A stretch of 64,000 bases of DNA. Origin: Octopus vulgaris (taxonomy: Eukaryota). The notes below the pieces were generated by a model, which saw nothing but the letters and a program-made list of their open reading frames with translations, had not been told where the DNA came from and did no database searches. Each line of letters starts with the position of its first letter. Position 1 is the first letter of the stretch. A program made the position numbers and the translations under genes. The stretch spans positions 101,432,001 to 101,496,000 of the forward strand of contig OX597820.1 of NCBI GenBank assembly GCA_951406725.2, read 5' to 3'. Of the stretch, positions 57,725-64,000 are shown piece by piece.

Positions 57725-58681
57725 TACGACAGGCTTCTTTCAGTTTCCGTCTACCAAATCCACTCACAAGGCTTTAGTCGGCCCGAGGCTATAGCAGAAG
57801 GCACTTGCCCAAGATGCGACGCAGTGGGACTGAACCCGGAACCATGTGGTTTGTTAGCAAGCTACTTACCACACAGCCACTCCTGATACATATATGATAC
57901 ATATATTCTTTATTTTCTCTCCTTGTTTCTTTCTGTGTTCCTGTCTGTGGAAGAACGTAGGCTCGAAACGTTAAAGACTTTTTCACTTCCCGAGCGTTAC
58001 ACTAATACATTTGTTTGTTGTCTACACCACCTGTCTTCGTCTTTTTTTTTTCTTTTTGGTGAATTCTCCCTATATATGCATACGCATTGACGTATATATA
58101 TACTTATATACTAGCATATACATGCATGCATGCATGCATCCAGAAACACATCATTTCTCTCTCTCTCACACACACACACACAAACAGAAACACACATGCA
58201 CGCACGCACACACACACACACATACACACATACCCATACGTACATCTTTGCGCACCCATACACAACACATGTCCAGTGATTCATTTGGACACACACACAT
58301 ACACACACACGCACACATATATATTCTTTCTTTCTCTCCGTTGTAGCTGGAACAAGAAAGACGTGTTCTTGTTTGTCTCCAGTCCTAGCTTGATTTACGC
58401 GTTCGCCACCACACATATATGTATATAAATAGTAAAGACTATTTACCAACAATGTGGCTGTCTTGGAAGGGATGATTATCACAGTTGTTTAGCCCCAGGA
58501 AACATCGTATGACACAAAATCTGTATTTCCTGTGGCTAAAATTGTCTCTTCCAGAACAGCCACATTATGTTGACAAATAGTCCTTTCTTTAAACTTTAAA
58601 GAACTATTACTGAATATCCCTCTTTGAGAGATTTGGAAATAATAATGTTAATACACACACACACACACATATATATATATA

Positions 58682-59170
58682 TCAGGTATTCCCATAAGTA
58701 ATGTCCGGACGTCTATATTTTCAATTTGTAAACGCTTTGACATAATTTTAGAATGTCTAACGGCATTAAATAATATTTATATGTATTTGGACATATTGGA
58801 ACTAATTAAATTTCATTTTACAGCAAAATCTAATTGAAATTTTTTCTAATTAAAGCTCTTCAAACATGGAAGTGTATAAGGAACATTTGAGGCACATAAT
58901 GCTTTATGAGTTTAAAAAAAGGGAACTCTGCAACTGAAGCGACTCGAAATATCCGCTCCGTTTATGGAGAAGAGTGCCTGAATGAAAGAACTTGCAGAAG
59001 ATTGTTTGTAAAATTCAGAAGTGGAAATTTCAGCCTTGAAAATGAGGCCCGAACAGGACATCCGATTGAGTTTGCTGATAAGCTCCTTTTGGTAGAACTT
59101 GAAAAAGATCACGGAGTTTCAGTTGAAGAATTGGCAAGCAAGCCTTGTTCAAGCCTTTCTGTGATGTATT
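58682..59170 (+). mobile_element. mariner 5' fragment
   Basis: MEVYKEHLRHIMLYEF / KKGNSATEATRNIRSVYGEECLNERTCRRLFVKFRSGNFSLENEARTGHP with a frameshift. Confidence 0.85.
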
Positions 59171-59202
59171 TGAATTAAATATGATACACAAATGTGTGTA
59201 TA

Positions 59203-59245
<43 letters not shown>

Positions 59246-59249
<4 letters not shown>

Positions 59250-59975
59250 GGAAACATCTAGCATCATAGTATCATAATTTTGAAATATCTATAAAACCGT
59301 CAAAAGCTTGTTTATTTTTATGTTTTTTTTTTTTATTTATTATTTTTGTTGCTTAATACGTTTTGCTAAAATTGCTGTTTCTTTTCAGATATCATCAGAA
59401 AAAGGTAATTAAAATTCATTAAAATGACAAATCTATTGAACTTTCAAAAAGGTCAAATTGTTGGTGCTCGTATGGCAGGCGCTAGCGTAACGAAAACAGC
59501 TGAAATGTTTGTTGTATCAAGAAGAACTGTCTCGAAAATAATGACAGCCTTTGAGAAAGAGGAAAACACCTCCTCGTCGAAACAAAACTCCGGAAGAAAA
59601 CTTTTCAGATAGGGATCGTCGGACTCTTACGCGAATTGTTAGAAAGGATCACAAAAGTACAGCTCCCCAAATTACTGCAGAGCTTAATGACCACCTCGAG
59701 AACTCAGTTTCCACGCGAACTGTTTGCCGGGAGCAGCACAAAGCTGGATTTCATGGGAGAGCTGCAATCAGAAAACTACCACTTTCAAAAACAAACGTTG
59801 CGAAGCGTTTAGAATGAAGTAAAAACCTACAAAACTGGTCCCTAGAGCAGTGGAAGAATGTTATTTTCTCGGGCGAGTTACCCTTTACCTTATTTCCGAC
59901 CACCGGTCGAGTATACGTGTGGAGACAGCCAAAAGAAGCATTTAACCTAGACTGCCTTCTTCCAACTGTTAAAAA
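59246..59975 (+). mobile_element. Tc1-like transposon 5' fragment
   Basis: FQKGQIVGAR..GAS, DRDRRTLTRIV, AKRLE*..WKNVIFS..VWR motifs; frameshifted and truncated. Confidence 0.85.
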
Positions 59976-60699
59976 TTTCTAGTTAATTCTAATATATTCC
60001 CTGTGCATTTTCAATTTGTTTTCTTCTCCATATTCTATCATTTGCCGACAGACAAGACACTGTGTGCATGTTGTCACAATATCAACACAAACACGGGATT
60101 ATGCGTGTGTATATGTGTGCGTGTGTGAACTTATGGGTATGTATATGTGTGTGTGTGTGTGTGCGCGCACGCGCATGCGTGCTTTGTACACGCTGAATGA
60201 AGATTATGACCATATATGGCCATACATCAGTGGTATGACATTTACATCAACTTCATGAAATAAATGATGTCAAAATGATGTGGATGCCTCTGATGAGAAC
60301 CCAATAAGGTTTAAAAATCAATTAAGTTTATTCATCACTTTAATGGCGGTGCCCCAGCATGGCCACAGCTCAAGAGCTGAAACTGGAAAACATAAACATA
60401 AACATAATATATATATATATTTGAGTAGTTGAATAAAGGATATTTGTTAACTAGTCGTTCAACTCCATTCTTTCATATACTTATATATATATATATGCAC
60501 ATAACTCTTTACACACTCACACACACAGATATGTACTTGTATGTGTATATATGTGTAGTATTTATGTGTATTTACATATGTGTATTGTGTGTGTTTGTGC
60601 GCGTGTTTGTGTATGTGTGCGTGTTTTCTAAGAGCTACAATGACCCAGGGACCTATAGTTATAATTCTGTGAGGCACTTATCAGACTTTAGGTACTTGA

Positions 60700-62400
60700 G
60701 ACACCGTGGCCCTCGGCTAATAGAAATATAAATACTATTCTTCGCCTTTCTGCCAGCCACCCTGCTCTTGTAGCGCTTCATCTTTTGCATCTTCTGCCTC
60801 TTCCACCGCCTACAATCTGGCGCTACCAAATCTCATTTCTTCCTTCTCTCACTCATTTCAGCGCACCCGAAACCTACGCAGCTTTCTCGTTCATAGTTTT
60901 TCCTTGAGACTATATTCTCTTCCTTGATCCACGTAGCCCTGTCCTCAATGCTACACTTGCCCGTTCTTTTACAAAATCAGTACCCTCACCGGACCCAACA
61001 ATCCCCCCTTTTACATTAGGTACTCTTTACGCTGCATCCCAACAACCTCATATATACGCTCCAACGTCCTCTTTGTAATTTACTCTACATCGGGCAAACC
61101 GACGTCGACTGTTAGACAGGTTCACGAATATCCGATTTGGCAGCAGGTCTCCTGTCTCTCGACATTTCCGCTCCGCCGATCACTCCACCCGACACCTCTC
61201 ATTTTATGACTTGTCCAACAATGGATCTCCCATCAATCACCTCTTTCGGTCAAAATTAATTACTTCAGTTTTTCTAAATTATATTTTCCCTTTATACATC
61301 TCTTCTCTTTACGCCCAATATTCTTTTTCCACATCCTCACTACATCCTACTTACCACCAACAACTACTTACATTTTACAGCAAAACACCCTCACTTCTAC
61401 ACAAACATTCTTAACACACTAACACGTACTTCCACATACACACACACACCTCCCATTGACCGTTCCTTCCCATGTATTCACACCTTTCATTTACATGCAT
61501 ACACGTATGCACACACCATTTTCACCCACATTTTTGTATACGTGGATCACACACGCACATCGGCATACTTACATACACGCATAACCATACGCTTCATCAT
61601 ACATGCTTCACACAACATGCTTCTACATAAATTGCTTGCACTGCCATTTTTTTTACACCATGTACATCGATTTTTTCATTATGCGTGTCATTTCTGGTTC
61701 TAAACCTGTTCATTACAGTTATTTCTTCTCCAAGGAATTTATCAGCTTCTCATCGCAGTCATCTCTTCTTTGTAGATCATAACAGATTCTTATCAGCTTC
61801 GGAACTCTGCCAAACTCTCCGGACATTTTATCAAGGTTATGTAATTTTTACCAATTTCTTTGACTTTCTTTTTCTTCACAGCATTTACACACTTTCTCAT
61901 AACTTAGTTTAAACGGCTCATACTTGTTAAAAAAAGTTTCATACACCCATGTAATTTTGTCATACAGTTGCACAGATATCAGTTAAATCCTTTATGTCCC
62001 ATTTGCTTCACCAATATCTGTTTCATCCTCAAACTCCCTCTCGTTTTACTTTCTCATATACGCGCTTTTATTTCACTCACCTAAATATTACACAAATACC
62101 AATACTCTACAACTTCACTAACTTCTACAGTTATATTCTACACTTGCTAGTCTCAACACATATAGAGCACGCTAAAACACTACTTTTGTGTCCATCTTGC
62201 AGACCTATGTCTATATACCTAGCCCTTCCAACCTTCTTAACGTCCCCTATAGAACAACATTCCCACGTGGTTTCTAACACTCCGCCCGATTTCCCTCTAA
62301 TTGACTATTTCTCCTTTTCTCTTGACGAAGTACTAACACCTGAAACGTTAAAACACTTTGTTCTTTAGTTAATATTTTATTCCTCATGTGTTGTCCTTTT
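60700..62400 (+). mobile_element. Degenerate Penelope-like element (GIY-YIG fragment and 3' end)
   Basis: LYIGQT..RRLLDRF..SPVSRHFRS near 61083-61175; decayed hammerhead (TTGACGAAG..CTGAAACGTT) near 62320-62350; boundaries approximate. Confidence 0.55.
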
Positions 62401-63210
62401 TTCTGTTCATTCTATTTACACAATACATACATACACGCATACAAATATACATAAACACACACGTAAATATATGCATGCATGTATATATATATATATAGGC
62501 ACATACATTCCTATGTATACGCATACACATACAAACATATATAGGTGCTATTTAGTCAAAGGTTTAAAAGTTTGATTTGGAACCACGAGGTCTCAGGTTC
62601 GATGTCGCTACGTGACATCTCGGATAGATCCATATCTTGTGAGTGAAACTGGGTAGTCGGAAACTGTATAGAAGCCGTCGTGTAAATTCATTTAAGTTTG
62701 TGCATTAATATGGTATTTAATAATGTTTATTCTTTCGTCGTGGCTTTGATTATTTTATGATCTAGTTTGTGCGTAATACACAAATATGTGACTAGAATTT
62801 TATATTTTTCATCGCAATACCTTTTTATGGTTGTACTTCTGCATGATGTCTCGCATTAATTATCTTATGGTCAGTTTGTATATAATAAATAATAACATTC
62901 TCTAATGGCATGGACTATATATACGATATCCAACTTAATAGGGTATTGTATATGATATCTAGTAATATTCACTGACAGTTCTTGATATTGAACTACGACT
63001 TGTTGATAAAGAGATTTCCGATGAATAATCACGTGACATATTAAATTTGCGTTGACCAGCGGAGTCTTTAATGTTGCAGCAAGGCTTGAAAAATCGCCGT
63101 CCATAAGAACAAGCTTTAATAGCAGCTGTCTTGAATTGACTGTGAAGAAAAAAGGTAAAATGTCAAAAGGGAAATAATTTTAGCCATGAAATTAAAATGA
63201 AAAGCCGTAA

Positions 63211-63214
<4 letters not shown>

Positions 63215-63300
<86 letters not shown>
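63215..63300. repeat. (CA)n microsatellite
   Basis: Direct reading. Confidence 0.97.
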
Positions 63301-63305
<5 letters not shown>

Positions 63306-63702
63306 TACATAGATACGTCATGTAAAATAATAATTATAATAACAATGAAAACAGAAATTTGGCAAAATGATGCAGAAAGCATCTACCAAATGAATTTAAT
63401 AATTATGTTCAGACAATATGTATCAGGAACATTTCTTATTTCAATAATAAGGGTGAAAAATTAAATATTAATTTCATTAATATCAATTTAAAACCAGTGG
63501 CCTAGAATTTTGAAAACCTGAAGATTCAGAAAAACTATATTATATACATATAATAGGGTTGACCACTAAGTGGATATCCATCATGCTAGAAGTAGACCCC
63601 TTATGGTCTTACCACTAAGAAAAGATTGTTTTCAAGAAAATTCAGCAAACCCCAGAACATAAACGAGCAAGACAAATGAAAAGATACAAAATATAAGTAT
63701 TA

Positions 63703-63762
63703 ATCACAAACCCGGTTTCATTGTTACCACTTACGTAAATGTCCGTAATTCATCAGTGTGAT
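63703..63762 (-). ncRNA. Minimal type I hammerhead ribozyme
   Basis: Minus strand reads AUCACA-CUGAUGA-AUU...AAU-GAAA-CCGGG-UU-UGUGAU: 6-bp stem I, intact core, very short stem III, GUU triplet. Confidence 0.7.
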
Positions 63763-64000
63763 CGTCATAGCAAAATATAGTATGTAGAACTATACACGAG
63801 ACGTCCGCATGAGACTGAACATGCATATAGTTCTACCTATTACATTTGGGGTTATATTTCAAAAGTCTTCGTTCTGGCACGCCAAAATACCGAAAATAAT
63901 TCTGCCGGTAAGAGAACATAGTTATTTTAATTTAAGTAATAAGGGTGAAAAATTGAATATTAAATTGATATTAATCAAATTAATATTCAATTTTTTACCC

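Noticed and set aside
52991-58482. Many Cys/Val/His/Tyr-rich ORFs (also 34021-34589 and 63116-63382)
   Set aside because: Artefacts of CA/TA/TG microsatellites and SINEs.

Overview
AT-rich, repeat-dense animal genomic DNA. The SINE, RTE and microsatellite content suggests an octopus (coleoid cephalopod), which is an inference. Two spliced protein-coding genes sit head-to-head around a short shared promoter near 24950-25540. On the minus strand is PUM3/Puf-A: 12 coding exons in the window, 556 codons, running off the left edge. On the plus strand is a complete 5-exon mitochondrial-type adenylate kinase AK3 (223 aa). Introns and flanks carry tRNA-derived SINEs with CORE-like, V and Deu/Nin domains, and RTE, CR1, R4-like and Penelope-like retroelement fragments. 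They also carry mariner, Tc1 and piggyBac relics, MITEs, a Helitron and many microsatellites. The most notable unexplained structure is the AK3 3' flank. It holds two homologous, sense-strand, apparently intact minimal hammerhead ribozymes (44610-44670 and 49538-49596) with compensatory changes in all three helices. Between them lies a triplicated ~188-bp unit whose conserved GGAAAGGCATG core sits in the 3' arm of pri-miRNA-like hairpins. More hammerhead motifs occur in a two-strand fold-back (55632-55898), on the minus strand at 63703-63762, and in the tail of a tRNA-headed SINE (42932-43165). All structures were folded by eye; no database searches were run.
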